From contig CAYPKG010000001.1 in NCBI GenBank assembly GCA_964411275.1, positions 18,859 to 82,858 of the forward strand: 64,000 bases of DNA, written 5' to 3'. This DNA is from an uncultured Oscillospiraceae bacterium (GTDB lineage: Bacteria > Bacillota > Clostridia > Christensenellales > CAG-138). A program made the translations under genes and the position numbers. Positions 8,272 to 17,628 of this stretch are shown piece by piece (position 1 is the first letter of the stretch; every line of letters begins with the position of its first letter). The notes below the pieces were generated by a model that saw only the letters and a list, made by a program, of their open reading frames with translations, searched no databases and was not told the origin of the DNA.

Positions 8272-9432
8272 ATGTTCACAAACAGGAACAGGGCGCTGGC
8301 CATTGGTTTGATTGTGGCGCTGATCCTGGGGCTTATGCCCATGGTTGCCCTGGCTGCGGCCGATACAAACACGATCACTGCGGAAGGTGTCTCGATTACG
8401 TATGAAAAAAGCGAATTGGCCAATTCCGAGCAGGACGCGTCCGTAACGTATCAGATTTATGTGGATGGCGAGAGAAAAGCCAAGGAAAAGGTGAAGTATG
8501 GCGCGGCAGAAACCCCCAGCGTGACAATTGACGGCGGCAGCGACGCCACATTGTCCAGGGTAACATTTGGCGCGAGCAAAGACGTGGGGGAAAACGATCC
8601 CCTAGCGGCTGACGAAAACGACAAATATGTCATAACGAAAATGGAAGCGGGTGGGAAAAAGTACCTAGCAGCCTACTTCAAGACAAAAGCCGAGCCTACG
8701 CCGACGCCGACAGCGACGCCCACGGCCACGCCAACAGCGACGCCCACAGCGACGCCGACGGCCACGCCAACCGCGACACCCACAGCAACGCCCACGGCCA
8801 CGCCAACAGCGACGCCGACGGCGACACCTACCGCAACGCCTAGCCCAACCCCGGACGACCCGGACGAGTTCACGGTATGGTTTGATAGCAATGGCGGCAC
8901 CCGAGTCAAACAGCAGCGCGTGGAGCGCAACGAGCTTGTAAAAAGGCCTGACGATCCGGTGCGCGCGGGCTATGCCTTTGGCGGCTGGTATGAGGACAGC
9001 AAGCTGCAAAAACCCTGGAACTTCAGGAAAGACCGTGTCACCGGCATGATGACGCTGTACGCGAAGTGGGTCAAAACCGAGTACCCCAACGTGTATACCA
9101 TAAACATCATCTCCGAGGGCAAGGGCAGCACCAGTGTAAGCGGGCTTGTGGACGTCAGGGCGGGCGACGACCTGAAGGTCACGTTCAAACCCAAGAGCGG
9201 GTATGTGGTGCAATCCGTATTTGTAGACGGCAAAAAGGTCAGCGCCACAAAGAGCTACACATTCCGGGATATCAGCGGCAGCCATACGCTGCACGTTTTG
9301 TTCGCCAAGGCGGGGACCATCATCGTTCCCAGTACGGGCGGCGCCGGAATGGAATTCATCGGATATGCCATGATCGCATTCGTCCTGGCGGCATCCGGCG
9401 GCCTCCTGCTCAAACGGCGGCGGCAGAAATAG
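8272..9432 (+). CDS. Cell-surface protein with a TP-rich linker, a Listeria-Bacteroides (Flg_new) repeat, an InlB-B-repeat-like domain and a sortase-type C-terminal signal
   Basis: Signal peptide MFTNRNRALAIGLIVALILGLMPMVALAAA. About 11 copies of (ATPT). FTVWFDSNGG...AGYAFGGWY...TLYAKW matches the Flg_new repeat. The C-terminus is VPSTG, then a hydrophobic stretch, then KRRRQK. The second ATG was chosen because the RBS is too close to 8263. Confidence 0.8.
   Translation: MFTNRNRALAIGLIVALILGLMPMVALAAADTNTITAEGVSITYEKSELANSEQDASVTYQIYVDGERKAKEKVKYGAAETPSVTIDGGSDATLSRVTFGASKDVGENDPLAADENDKYVITKMEAGGKKYLAAYFKTKAEPTPTPTATPTATPTATPTATPTATPTATPTATPTATPTATPTATPTATPSPTPDDPDEFTVWFDSNGGTRVKQQRVERNELVKRPDDPVRAGYAFGGWYEDSKLQKPWNFRKDRVTGMMTLYAKWVKTEYPNVYTINIISEGKGSTSVSGLVDVRAGDDLKVTFKPKSGYVVQSVFVDGKKVSATKSYTFRDISGSHTLHVLFAKAGTIIVPSTGGAGMEFIGYAMIAFVLAASGGLLLKRRRQK
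8695..8850 (+). repeat. In-frame 12-bp tandem repeat encoding (A/P)TPT, about 11-13 units
   Basis: Read directly: ACGCCGACAGCG / ACGCCCACGGCC and so on, with synonymous variation between units. Confidence 0.9.
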
Positions 9433-9445
9433 CAGACGAAATGTC

Positions 9446-9482
9446 AACGGGCTCTGTATGATTTGCAGGGCCCGTTTTCTAT
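9446..9482 (+). terminator. Rho-independent terminator of the surface-protein gene
   Basis: AACGGGCTCTG (9446-9456) pairs with CAGGGCCCGTT (9466-9476) with one G-U pair, followed by TTTTCT. Confidence 0.7.
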
Positions 9483-9498
9483 TTCAAGCTTTTTTGGA

Positions 9499-9527
9499 TT
9501 GACACGCAAGCGTTTACGGAATATAAT
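9499..9527 (+). promoter_or_regulatory. Consensus sigma-A promoter
   Basis: TTGACA (9499-9504), a 17-nt spacer, then TATAAT (9522-9527). A leader of about 175 nt runs to the ATG at 9705. Confidence 0.65.
9505..9518. promoter_or_regulatory. Imperfect LacI/PurR-type palindrome inside the promoter spacer
   Basis: CGCAAGCGTTTACG has a central CG. It is related to the perfect palindrome at 9657-9670 (10 of 14 positions symmetric). Confidence 0.35.
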
Positions 9528-9656
9528 GATGATGGTATTAATCGCGACATATCAATTTTATGAGTTTTTACGGTTATCCGTCCCATTAAGTGAAAGAACA
9601 GCCCTGTAATTCCTTGCTCGATTTTCAAATAAAAGCGTATTTTTTTTAATTATTAA

Positions 9657-9670
9657 CGCAAACGTTTGCG
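9657..9670. promoter_or_regulatory. Perfect 14-bp LacI/PurR-type palindromic operator candidate
   Basis: CGCAAACGTTTGCG is its own reverse complement. With flanks, aACGCAAACGTTTGCGg matches 15 of 16 positions of the symmetric PurR-box ACGCAAACGTTTGCGT. It lies 35 nt upstream of the ATG. Confidence 0.45.
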
Positions 9671-9704
9671 GAAATTGTTTCAATATAAAAAGGAGGTTTA
9701 GGGG

Positions 9705-12671
9705 ATGAAAACAAAGCGGATATTGGGGTTGTTGCTGACGATGGCAATGCTGCTTCCACTCTGTTTGGGGGCGGCCATGGCGGAGGAGGAAAACTGGTGG
9801 GAAGCGGATATCTGGCCGCTTGAGCGCCTGCTGGAGTTGGGGGCGGAGCCGCCGGCGTACAATGCGGCTACCGGCCAATATGAGATCAGCAACGCGAAGC
9901 AGCTGCTGTTTATGACCGGCAAATGGAAGCCGGAGGACACAAATGGCGACGGCATGCGCGACGCGCCACGGGACGGCTATTATATCCTGACGGCGGATAT
10001 TGACATGACCGATGTACTACAGGAGATCGGGGATACGCTCACGGAGCTTTCCGGAAAAACCACGGTGGGCTATATGCCACCCATCAGCTGTAACAAGAAA
10101 GAAAGCGCCGACAAAGAGGACGGGTTCTTTATAGGCACTTTTGATGGCAACCATCACGCCATCCTCAACCATCGCGTGGAGCGGCATGGAAGCAAGTACG
10201 CGGGCCTGTTCGGCTACCTTGGCTATAAAACAAACAAATGTTATATCAAGGATCTGGCGCTGCTCAACATTACCGTCATCGGCGTTAAGGATGTGTCCCC
10301 GCTGTCCGGCGGCTGCTATGGGACGGTTTCCAACTGTGTATTCACCGGCCAAGTGTTCGGCTATGAGGCGGTTGGCGGCCTTTGCTCCTCCGTGAAATCC
10401 GCTGGAGGCGATTTTTACGGCCTCATCGAAAACTGTTTTGTAAACGTATCTGTCAACGGCACGCTGGTGGCGGGCGGGTTGACCGGCGAAGTAGCGGGTC
10501 TTGTACGCAACTGCTTTGTTACGGGCTCCGTGACGGCTGGAGATGAGCCGTTTGACACCGTGGGCGGCATTGCAGGGCTGTATGAAGCGGGTATGGGCAT
10601 CGGCAACAGCGCTGTTGCGCTCAACGGTATTTTCTCTAAGGCTGGTGGCGTGAAGGTCGACCGGATTGTTGGCAGCATGGAGGGGGACAGCGGCCAGTCT
10701 ATATCCGGCAACCTGGTGTGGGAAGGCATGACGGTGGAAGGAAACCCCAGCTTAGAAACCGCAAAGGGCAGGCTGATGGCCTATGCCACCGCAGACGAGC
10801 TGATGGCGAAAAGCACCTACCTCGAAAAGCTGAACTGGGATTTTTCAAAGGATTGGGAATGGATCGGCGAAGAAAATCATGGGCACCCGCTGCCCGCCGG
10901 ATTTGGCGCGCTTAAGCTCAATTATTTGGCGGATATCGAGGGCAACCTGACGGCGGAAAGGCCTGTGCTATTGCCGGATAACCCGGTGGTGCGCGAAGGC
11001 AACGCAAACGAGGACGTGACGATCAGCGCCCGGCTGATACTACCGGGAACCGCAAAGGAAGCGACTCTTTCGCTTGTTTACGGCGAGGGGCCTGATGCTG
11101 GGGCATATCGTGAAAGCGTACCCATGGAGGCTGCCGGGGACGGGTATGCGGCTGTATTCCCCCTAAAAGAGGAGGGCGAGTACGGGTATTATCTGAAGGC
11201 GGTTGTGGATGGAAAGACGCTGACATATCCCACGGACAGCAGCAATGCAATTCCTTATGTGGTAAAAACTTCCGTTGTGGACGCTACCCCGTATCAGGTC
11301 ACCGTGGCGCCTGGCGGCGACTGTGAAAGCCTCGGCTTTAACTGGCTGACCGATGCGGATGCCGAGGAGGCGGAGCTTCGCTATCGTTTGGTGGGGGAGA
11401 GCCAATGGCAAAGCGCCAAGAGCACGTCCTATCGGTCCTATCTTGAAGAGGGCTGGGAAGAGGTGCGCAGCCACAGCGTGGACGTCGAGGGGCTGACACC
11501 TGGAACGGCGTATGAATACATGGTTGTGGGGATTGCCAATAACGAGGAATTCCAGGGGGAACAATATACCGTAAGCACACTGCCTGAGGGAGCTGCGTTC
11601 AACGTCATGGTGCTGTCTGATTTGCAGGCAGAGACTGCGGATCAATACGACCCGTTTGTAGCGACCTACGGGGAATTTATTCAGGAGAAGCTTGGAGGGG
11701 TGGACTTTATCGTAACAACGGGCGATAACGTGAAGGACGGATATAAATCCGGCCAGTGGGCGGATTTGTTCGACAAATGTGAGGAAATATTCACGTCAGT
11801 GCCTACAATTCTGCTGCCCGGCAATCACGAGTATTCCGGGGACCTGTTCTACAAGAATTTCACCGCCCGCACCAACCTGCCCAATGGTTATGACGATCCT
11901 GTTATCGGGGAGTATACGGGTTGGTTTACCGTTGGCGACGCGTGCTTTGTCATGGTGTCCACTGAGATTTACACCGACGCGGCGGATGGAGACCAGCTTT
12001 TGAAGGACAGGGCGGAATACTTCCAAAAGCAAAAGGCATGGGCGAAAGAGGCGTTTGAGGAGTCGGGCTGCCGTTGGCGGGTTGTCTTGACCCACAGGGG
12101 GCCTTATACCACAAACCACAACGGCCTGTTGGATGTGCCGGAAATGGTCGAGTTTTGCGATGAGCTGGGAGTTGACCTGTATTTGAACGGACACGACCAC
12201 AGCTACATTCGGGTTACCGCAAAGGGCAACGAGGCGGTTGCGGTTGGCGAGGGCACGAATTACCTCACAACCAGCCCCATGGGTATCAAGTTCGATGATT
12301 TTGTGGAAGGGATTATAGACGACAAAGTTGCGGCGCGCTCCGGCAGCGAGGAGCATGAGCGGCAGAAGTTCACATGGCTGACATTTGGTGACAATGGGAT
12401 TGATGTGAGCGTGTACGAGCTGGGAGAAGCGGGGGACTGGGGCTCGTATCAGGTGATCGATGCCTTTACATTGACGAAGAACCAGTCCGGGGTGATTGGC
12501 AGGATGGAGGCTGAAGCCCCCGCTGTCAACGATCCTGAGCAGCCCGTGAATACCGAGCAACCAACACAGAAGCAGGGGAATGCCGGGCTGTGGGTTGCGC
12601 TCATCATATTGGCGGCGGCAGGTGTGGTGATAGCGGTGGTTGTTATGCGCAAAAAGAAAAAGGCCAAATAA
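9705..12671 (+). CDS. Secreted, C-terminally membrane-anchored metallophosphoesterase (purple-acid-phosphatase-like) with an N-terminal GLUG-repeat domain (988 aa)
   Basis: Signal peptide. GLUG-type repeats (AGLFGYLG, VGGLCSSV, AGGLTGEVAGLVRNCFVTGSV, VGGIAGLYE). A PAP-N-like beta domain (LGFNWLTD...LRYRL...GLTPGTAYEYMV). Calcineurin-like motifs (VLSDLQ, GDNVKDG, LPGNHE, LTHRGPY, NGHDHSY). C-terminal TM segment followed by RKKKKAK. Confidence 0.85.
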   Translation: MKTKRILGLLLTMAMLLPLCLGAAMAEEENWWEADIWPLERLLELGAEPPAYNAATGQYEISNAKQLLFMTGKWKPEDTNGDGMRDAPRDGYYILTADIDMTDVLQEIGDTLTELSGKTTVGYMPPISCNKKESADKEDGFFIGTFDGNHHAILNHRVERHGSKYAGLFGYLGYKTNKCYIKDLALLNITVIGVKDVSPLSGGCYGTVSNCVFTGQVFGYEAVGGLCSSVKSAGGDFYGLIENCFVNVSVNGTLVAGGLTGEVAGLVRNCFVTGSVTAGDEPFDTVGGIAGLYEAGMGIGNSAVALNGIFSKAGGVKVDRIVGSMEGDSGQSISGNLVWEGMTVEGNPSLETAKGRLMAYATADELMAKSTYLEKLNWDFSKDWEWIGEENHGHPLPAGFGALKLNYLADIEGNLTAERPVLLPDNPVVREGNANEDVTISARLILPGTAKEATLSLVYGEGPDAGAYRESVPMEAAGDGYAAVFPLKEEGEYGYYLKAVVDGKTLTYPTDSSNAIPYVVKTSVVDATPYQVTVAPGGDCESLGFNWLTDADAEEAELRYRLVGESQWQSAKSTSYRSYLEEGWEEVRSHSVDVEGLTPGTAYEYMVVGIANNEEFQGEQYTVSTLPEGAAFNVMVLSDLQAETADQYDPFVATYGEFIQEKLGGVDFIVTTGDNVKDGYKSGQWADLFDKCEEIFTSVPTILLPGNHEYSGDLFYKNFTARTNLPNGYDDPVIGEYTGWFTVGDACFVMVSTEIYTDAADGDQLLKDRAEYFQKQKAWAKEAFEESGCRWRVVLTHRGPYTTNHNGLLDVPEMVEFCDELGVDLYLNGHDHSYIRVTAKGNEAVAVGEGTNYLTTSPMGIKFDDFVEGIIDDKVAARSGSEEHERQKFTWLTFGDNGIDVSVYELGEAGDWGSYQVIDAFTLTKNQSGVIGRMEAEAPAVNDPEQPVNTEQPTQKQGNAGLWVALIILAAAGVVIAVVVMRKKKKAK

Positions 12672-12690
12672 AAAGTACGGAAAATACCTG

Positions 12691-12728
12691 AGGATGTCTG
12701 CGAAAATTTACGCAGACATCCTTTTTTG
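12691..12728 (+). terminator. Rho-independent terminator
   Basis: A perfect 12-bp stem (AGGATGTCTGCG / CGCAGACATCCT) followed by TTTTTT. Confidence 0.8.
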
Positions 12729-12886
12729 GTTTTGGGATAAACAAATTTTACAAGAATTTGATCCTGCCTGTATTTGGTCATAACAAGGGTTCGATATGAT
12801 AAGAGCGTAAGCAATCCGCCAAATGGTGGTTTTTCAGCGGGTTCGGTTTACATTGCTTAGGCTAAATAATGAAGGAGAGAAAGAAA

Positions 12887-13795
12887 ATGAAGAGAGTATT
12901 GGGAATTACACTCGCACTGGTGATGATTTTAACTTTGGCGGCTGGCTGCGCCAACAGCACGGAACCTGCCGCCACCCCCACAGAACCGGCTGCGCCCGCT
13001 TTGAGCTTTGACAGGGGCAGGGAAATCAATGTCAACTCCCGTGAAGATGGCTCCGGTACCCGTGGTGCGTTTATCGAGCTGTTCGGGGTAGAGCAAAAGG
13101 ACGCAGAAGGCAACAAGGTGGACATGACTACTTTGGAGGCCAGCATCACCAACAGCACCAGCGTCATGATGAGCGCGGTCAACGGCGACCTGTATGGTAT
13201 TGGCTATATTTCCCTGGGCTCCTTAAACGATACGGTAAAGGCCCTGCAAATTGATGGCGCAGACGCTACGGTGGAGAACATCAAGGCTGGCTCCTACACG
13301 ATCGCCCGGCCCTTCAACATCGCTACCAAGGGGGAGGGGAGCGAAGCCGCACAGGCGTTTATCGATTACATTTTGAGCGCCGACGGCCAGAAGGTCATCG
13401 AGAACAGCGGCTACATTAGCATAGCCGAGGGCGCCGCCTATGGGGGAAAACAGGTTGTGGGCAAGGTGGTGGTGGCCGGCTCGTCCTCAGTCACGCCAGT
13501 TATGGAAAAGCTGAAGGAAGCGTATCTCATCGTTAACCCCAGCGCCGAAATTGAAATCCAGCAGTCCGACTCCTCCACCGGCATGAACTACACCATCGAC
13601 GGCATCTGCGACATCGGCATGGCTTCCCGGGAGCTTAAGGACAGCGAGCTTGAGGCGGGTCTCACCCCCACCGTCATGGCAATGGACGGCATCGCCGTGA
13701 TCGTAAACAAGGATAACCCGTTAACGGGCCTGACAACACAGCAGGTCATGGGCGTGTACATTGGCGAGAACCTAAACTGGAGCGAGCTTTCGTAA
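12887..13795 (+). CDS. pstS: Phosphate ABC transporter substrate-binding lipoprotein
   Basis: MKRVLGITLALVMILTLAAGC lipobox. PBP-like-2 features (GSGTRGAF, AGSSSVTPVMEKL, GYISLG). RBS GAAGGAGAG. Sits in a pstSCAB context. Confidence 0.9.
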   Translation: MKRVLGITLALVMILTLAAGCANSTEPAATPTEPAAPALSFDRGREINVNSREDGSGTRGAFIELFGVEQKDAEGNKVDMTTLEASITNSTSVMMSAVNGDLYGIGYISLGSLNDTVKALQIDGADATVENIKAGSYTIARPFNIATKGEGSEAAQAFIDYILSADGQKVIENSGYISIAEGAAYGGKQVVGKVVVAGSSSVTPVMEKLKEAYLIVNPSAEIEIQQSDSSTGMNYTIDGICDIGMASRELKDSELEAGLTPTVMAMDGIAVIVNKDNPLTGLTTQQVMGVYIGENLNWSELS

Positions 13796-13847
13796 AGCCC
13801 ACCTATGGCCCTGCCATAAACGAAGCTGGATAAACAGAGGATGGGAT

Positions 13848-14702
13848 ATGAAAAAACAAACCTGGGAAAAAATCGCACAAATCGGATTTCTTGCGGCTGC
13901 CTGCGTCAGCATTCTGGCAGTGGGACTCATATGCGTGTTTCTATTCGCCAACGGGCTTCCCGCCATCGGGAAAATCGGGCCTGGGAATTTCCTCCTTGGC
14001 GAAACCTGGCGGCCGGGCAACGATCTCTATGGGATATTCCCCATGATTGTAGGAAGCATTTATGTGACGGCGGGGGCAATCCTCATCGGCATGCCCATCG
14101 GCCTATTGACCACCATCTATCTGGCAAGGTTCGCAAAGCCGAAAATGCGCAGGATACTGCAGCCTGGGGTGGAGCTTTTGGCGGGGATCCCCTCGGTGGT
14201 GTACGGTTTTTTTGGCGTTGTCGTGCTGGTGCCCTTTATAAGAAACCAGTTTGGAGGCAAGGGCTTTAGTATGCTGGCAGCCTGTTTTCTCTTGGGGATC
14301 ATGATATTGCCCACAATCATCACCGTGAGCGAAAGCGCAATCAGGGCGGTGCCGGAAAGCTATTATGAAGGGGCGCTGGCTCTGGGGGCCACCCATGAGC
14401 GCAACGTGTTTCGGGTGATATTTCCCGCCGCCCGCTCCGGGGTGACGGCGGGAGTGATACTTGGGATTGGCAGGGCGATTGGCGAAACCATGGCTGTGAT
14501 CATGGTGGCGGGAAACCAGCCCCGGATGCCGGAGGGCATATTGAGGGGACTTCGGACAATGACCGCCAATATTGTCATCGAAATGGGGTATGCGGCGGAC
14601 CTGCACAGGGAGGCGCTGATCGCCACCGCCGTGGTGCTGTTCGTATTTATTCTCATCATCAACCTCCTGTTCTCCATCATCAAAAGGAGGTCGAACACAT
14701 GA
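13848..14702 (+). CDS. pstC: Phosphate ABC transporter permease PstC
   Basis: Multi-TM permease with the EAA-type loop SYYEGALALGATHERNVFRVIFPAARSG; operon position. Confidence 0.9.
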   Translation: MKKQTWEKIAQIGFLAAACVSILAVGLICVFLFANGLPAIGKIGPGNFLLGETWRPGNDLYGIFPMIVGSIYVTAGAILIGMPIGLLTTIYLARFAKPKMRRILQPGVELLAGIPSVVYGFFGVVVLVPFIRNQFGGKGFSMLAACFLLGIMILPTIITVSESAIRAVPESYYEGALALGATHERNVFRVIFPAARSGVTAGVILGIGRAIGETMAVIMVAGNQPRMPEGILRGLRTMTANIVIEMGYAADLHREALIATAVVLFVFILIINLLFSIIKRRSNT

Positions 14703-15538
14703 AAAACGCCACTTTAATTTCCCGGCGCATCGGCGCAGGATTTCAGCGTTGGGCTGTCCGAGTTTCAGCTGGCCTGACAATGGCTATGCTGCTGTTCCTG
14801 ATGGGGTATATCCTGGTAAAGGGCGTACCGCACCTGTCGCCTCAATTGTTTCAATGGAACTACACATCAGAAAATGTGTCATTGACGCCGGCTTTACTTA
14901 ACACCATCCTTATGACGCTGTTGTCCCTTATGATTGCGACGCCTCTGGGGATATCCGCGGCCATCTATCTCGTGGAGTACGCGCGCCGGGGAAACAAATT
15001 CGTGGAGGTGGTACGCATCACCGCGGAAACGCTCACAGGAATTCCCTCCATTGTATACGGGCTGTTCGGCTCGCTGTTTTTCGTACTGGCGCTGGGTTGG
15101 GGATTAAGCCTGCTCTCCGGGGCGTTCACACTGTCCATCATGATACTGCCGGTGATTATGCGCACCACGGAGGAGGCATTGAAGGCTGTTCCGGACGCGT
15201 ACCGGGAGGGGAGCTTTGGCCTTGGCGCGGGGCGGCTTCGGACGGTGTTTCGCATCGTATTGCCCTCGGCAATCCCAGGCATTCTCGCAGGGGTGATCCT
15301 GGGGATTGGCCGGATCGTCGGCGAGACCGCCGCGCTGATATTTACGGCGGGGGCGGTGGCGGAGTTGCCCAAAGGCGTATTTAGTTCCGTGCGCACTCTT
15401 TCGGTGCATATGTACGCCCTCTCCAACGAGGGGTTGCATGTGGATCAGGCTTATGCCACCGCCGTAGTGCTGCTTGTGATCGTCATCGGAATGAACGCAC
15501 TGTCCGCCATTGTTGCGAAAAAAATCTCGAAGGGATGA
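14699..15538 (+). CDS. pstA: Phosphate ABC transporter permease PstA
   Basis: AYREGSFGLGAGRLRTVFRIVLPSAIPG; overlaps the pstC stop (ATGA). Confidence 0.9.
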   Translation: MKNATLISRRIGAGFQRWAVRVSAGLTMAMLLFLMGYILVKGVPHLSPQLFQWNYTSENVSLTPALLNTILMTLLSLMIATPLGISAAIYLVEYARRGNKFVEVVRITAETLTGIPSIVYGLFGSLFFVLALGWGLSLLSGAFTLSIMILPVIMRTTEEALKAVPDAYREGSFGLGAGRLRTVFRIVLPSAIPGILAGVILGIGRIVGETAALIFTAGAVAELPKGVFSSVRTLSVHMYALSNEGLHVDQAYATAVVLLVIVIGMNALSAIVAKKISKG

Positions 15539-16294
15539 ATGCAGATGGAGAAATTTGAAATCGCGAACCTTGATTTATACTACGGCTCCTTTCAGGCGCT
15601 CAAGTCCATCGATTTCTGCATCGGCGAGAAGGCAATTACCTCGTTCATCGGCCCGTCCGGCTGTGGAAAGTCCACGCTGCTAAAATGCCTGAACCGGATG
15701 AACGATCTCGTGGAGGGATGCCGCATCACAGGACAGGTGCAACTCGACGGACAGGATATCTACGGGAAGCTTGATCCGAACATGCTTCGAAAGCGGGTGG
15801 GGATGGTCTTTCAAAAGCCCAATCCATTTCCCATGAGCATATACGACAATGTGGCCTTCGGCCCCCGCACCCATGGAATGCGTGGCAAGGCAAAGCTGGA
15901 CGATTTGGTGGAACGGTCTTTGAGAAAAGCGGCTATCTGGGAGGAATTGAAGGACCGGCTCAAAAAAAACGCATTGGGGCTCTCCGGCGGGCAACAGCAG
16001 CGGCTTTGTATTGCCCGGGCGCTGGCGGTAGAGCCGGAGGTGCTGCTGATGGATGAGCCCACCAGCGCCCTCGACCCAATTTCCACTTCCAAAATTGAAG
16101 ACCTTGCGGTGGAGCTCAAGGAAAACTATACTATAGTTATTGTGACGCATAACATGCAGCAGGCGGCGCGCATTTCCGACAAGACGGCGTTCTTCCTTTT
16201 AGGGGAAGTGGTGGAGTATGGGCATACTGAGGCGATATTCTCCCGCCCAGAGGACAGGCGCACCGAGGACTATATCACGGGGAGGTTCGGCTGA
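15539..16294 (+). CDS. pstB: Phosphate ABC transporter ATP-binding protein
   Basis: Walker [10 protein letters not shown], signature [14 protein letters not shown], Walker [12 protein letters not shown]; typical PstB length. Confidence 0.95.
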   Translation: MQMEKFEIANLDLYYGSFQALKSIDFCIGEKAITSFIGPSGCGKSTLLKCLNRMNDLVEGCRITGQVQLDGQDIYGKLDPNMLRKRVGMVFQKPNPFPMSIYDNVAFGPRTHGMRGKAKLDDLVERSLRKAAIWEELKDRLKKNALGLSGGQQQRLCIARALAVEPEVLLMDEPTSALDPISTSKIEDLAVELKENYTIVIVTHNMQQAARISDKTAFFLLGEVVEYGHTEAIFSRPEDRRTEDYITGRFG

Positions 16295-16947
16295 TGAGGA
16301 TGAGGTTCGACGAGCAATTGAGTTTATTGAACACGGAATTGCTTACAATGGGTGCGCTGATTGAGCGGGCCATTTCAAGCGCCTCCGCCGCGCTGGTTTT
16401 ACAGGACGCGCAGGAGGCCAACAAAGCCATCGCCTTTGAGCGGGAGGTGGATCAAAAGGAGCGGGAGATCGAAAGCCTCTGCCTGAAGCTGCTGCGCCAG
16501 CAGCAGCCAGTGGCCCGGGATTTACGGCTGATTTCCGCAGCCTTGAAAATGATCACGGACATGGAGCGCATTGGCGACCAGGCGGCGGATATTTCGGAAA
16601 TCGTGTTGCAGCTTATGGGGAAAAAACATATCAAGGAGCTTGTGCACCTGCCCCAAATGGCGAAAACCGCCGGGAGAATGGTCACGGGCGCCATCGACGC
16701 GTTTGTCAAAAACGATGTGGGGATTGCCCACAGCGTAATCAAGATGGACGATGAGATGGATGCTTTGTTCGACGTGATTAGGGAGGAGCTTGTGGTGCTG
16801 ATGAGTGGCGATAAAAGCATCAGCGGGCAGGCCATCGACCTGCTTTTGATCGCCAAGTATTTCGAGCGCATCGGTGACCACGCGGAAAACATTGCGGAGT
16901 GGGCAGAGTTTGCCATGACCGGGCTGTATCAAGGGGAGGTGCTGTGA
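16294..16947 (+). CDS. phoU: Phosphate signalling complex protein PhoU
   Basis: Two PhoU repeats with the conserved E/D-x3-D motifs (ITDMERIGDQAADI and AKYFERIGDHAENI). Confidence 0.9.
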   Translation: MRMRFDEQLSLLNTELLTMGALIERAISSASAALVLQDAQEANKAIAFEREVDQKEREIESLCLKLLRQQQPVARDLRLISAALKMITDMERIGDQAADISEIVLQLMGKKHIKELVHLPQMAKTAGRMVTGAIDAFVKNDVGIAHSVIKMDDEMDALFDVIREELVVLMSGDKSISGQAIDLLLIAKYFERIGDHAENIAEWAEFAMTGLYQGEVL

Positions 16948-17624
16948 TGATTTATTACGTGGAGGATGATGAGAATATCCGAGAGCTGGTGATCTACACC
17001 CTGAACCAGAGCGGGTTTTCCGCCATGGGTCTTGACCGTGGGGACGCGCTTTTTGAAACGCTCAAGGACAAGAACGCAGAAAAGCCGGAGCTTGTGATGC
17101 TGGACATCATGCTGCCTGGGGAAGACGGGATGTCCATCTTAAAAAAGCTAAGGCAGGACAGCGATTTCAAAAACATCCCCGTTATCATGGTCACGGCCAA
17201 GGGCGCGGAGTATGACAAGGTGCTGGGCCTGGACAGCGGCGCTGACGATTACATCGCAAAGCCCTTCGGCATGATGGAGCTTGTCAGCCGGGTTAAGGCC
17301 ATGTTGCGCCGGACTGCACCGCCAAAGGACGGGGAGAATATGCGTGCGGGCGGGCTTGTGATGGACACCCGCCGTTACGCGGTGTTTGTGGACGGCCAGG
17401 AAGCGCCCCTCACCCACAAGGAGTTTGAACTGCTGCGCTGTCTGATGGAAAACCGGGGCGCTGTGTTTAGCCGGGAGCAGCTTTTGAAAATCGTCTGGGG
17501 GTACGATTATGACGGGGGTACCCGTACGGTGGACGTGCATGTCCAGACGCTCAGGCAGAAGCTTGGCGAAAACGGGAGCCATGTGGAAACCGTGCGGGGC
17601 GTGGGCTATCGGTTTGGAGAGTAA
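16947..17624 (+). CDS. phoP: OmpR-family response regulator, PhoP/PhoB-type by context
   Basis: Receiver domain (MIYYVEDDENI...LDIMLPGEDG...TAKG) plus a winged-helix domain (TRTVDVHVQTLRQKL...VRGVGYRF). The start overlaps the phoU stop. The symbol is inferred from linkage to pst-phoU. Confidence 0.8.
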   Translation: MIYYVEDDENIRELVIYTLNQSGFSAMGLDRGDALFETLKDKNAEKPELVMLDIMLPGEDGMSILKKLRQDSDFKNIPVIMVTAKGAEYDKVLGLDSGADDYIAKPFGMMELVSRVKAMLRRTAPPKDGENMRAGGLVMDTRRYAVFVDGQEAPLTHKEFELLRCLMENRGAVFSREQLLKIVWGYDYDGGTRTVDVHVQTLRQKLGENGSHVETVRGVGYRFGE

Positions 17625-17628
17625 CGGG

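Noticed and set aside
8695-8850. Possible CRISPR-like periodic repeat (also 47560-47730)
   Set aside because: The units are 12 and 15 bp, contiguous with no spacers, in frame within coding sequences, and there are no cas genes. They are coding tandem repeats.
8665-9447. 260-aa minus-strand ORF (and 8673-8930) rich in R/C/G or GVAV repeats
   Set aside because: It is a shadow frame of the (ATPT)n-encoding repeat inside a well-supported surface-protein gene. The low-complexity translation is an artefact of the repeat.
11796-12560. Long antisense ORFs opposite well-supported genes (11796-12560, 14103-14780, 23008-23682, 40937-41608, 41611-42234, 44360-44977, 50466-51158, 53414-54085, 57247-57855)
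   Set aside because: These are typical high-GC shadow ORFs. Each fully overlaps a gene with strong motif evidence on the other strand, none has an RBS, and their composition is Arg/Pro/Gly-skewed.
12738-12765. Possible PhoP/Pho-box repeats (TAAACA, TTTACA, TTTGAT) upstream of pstS
   Set aside because: The hexamer spacing is 9-10 nt rather than the expected 11-nt periodicity, and the matches are AT-rich and degenerate. I cannot support the call by eye.
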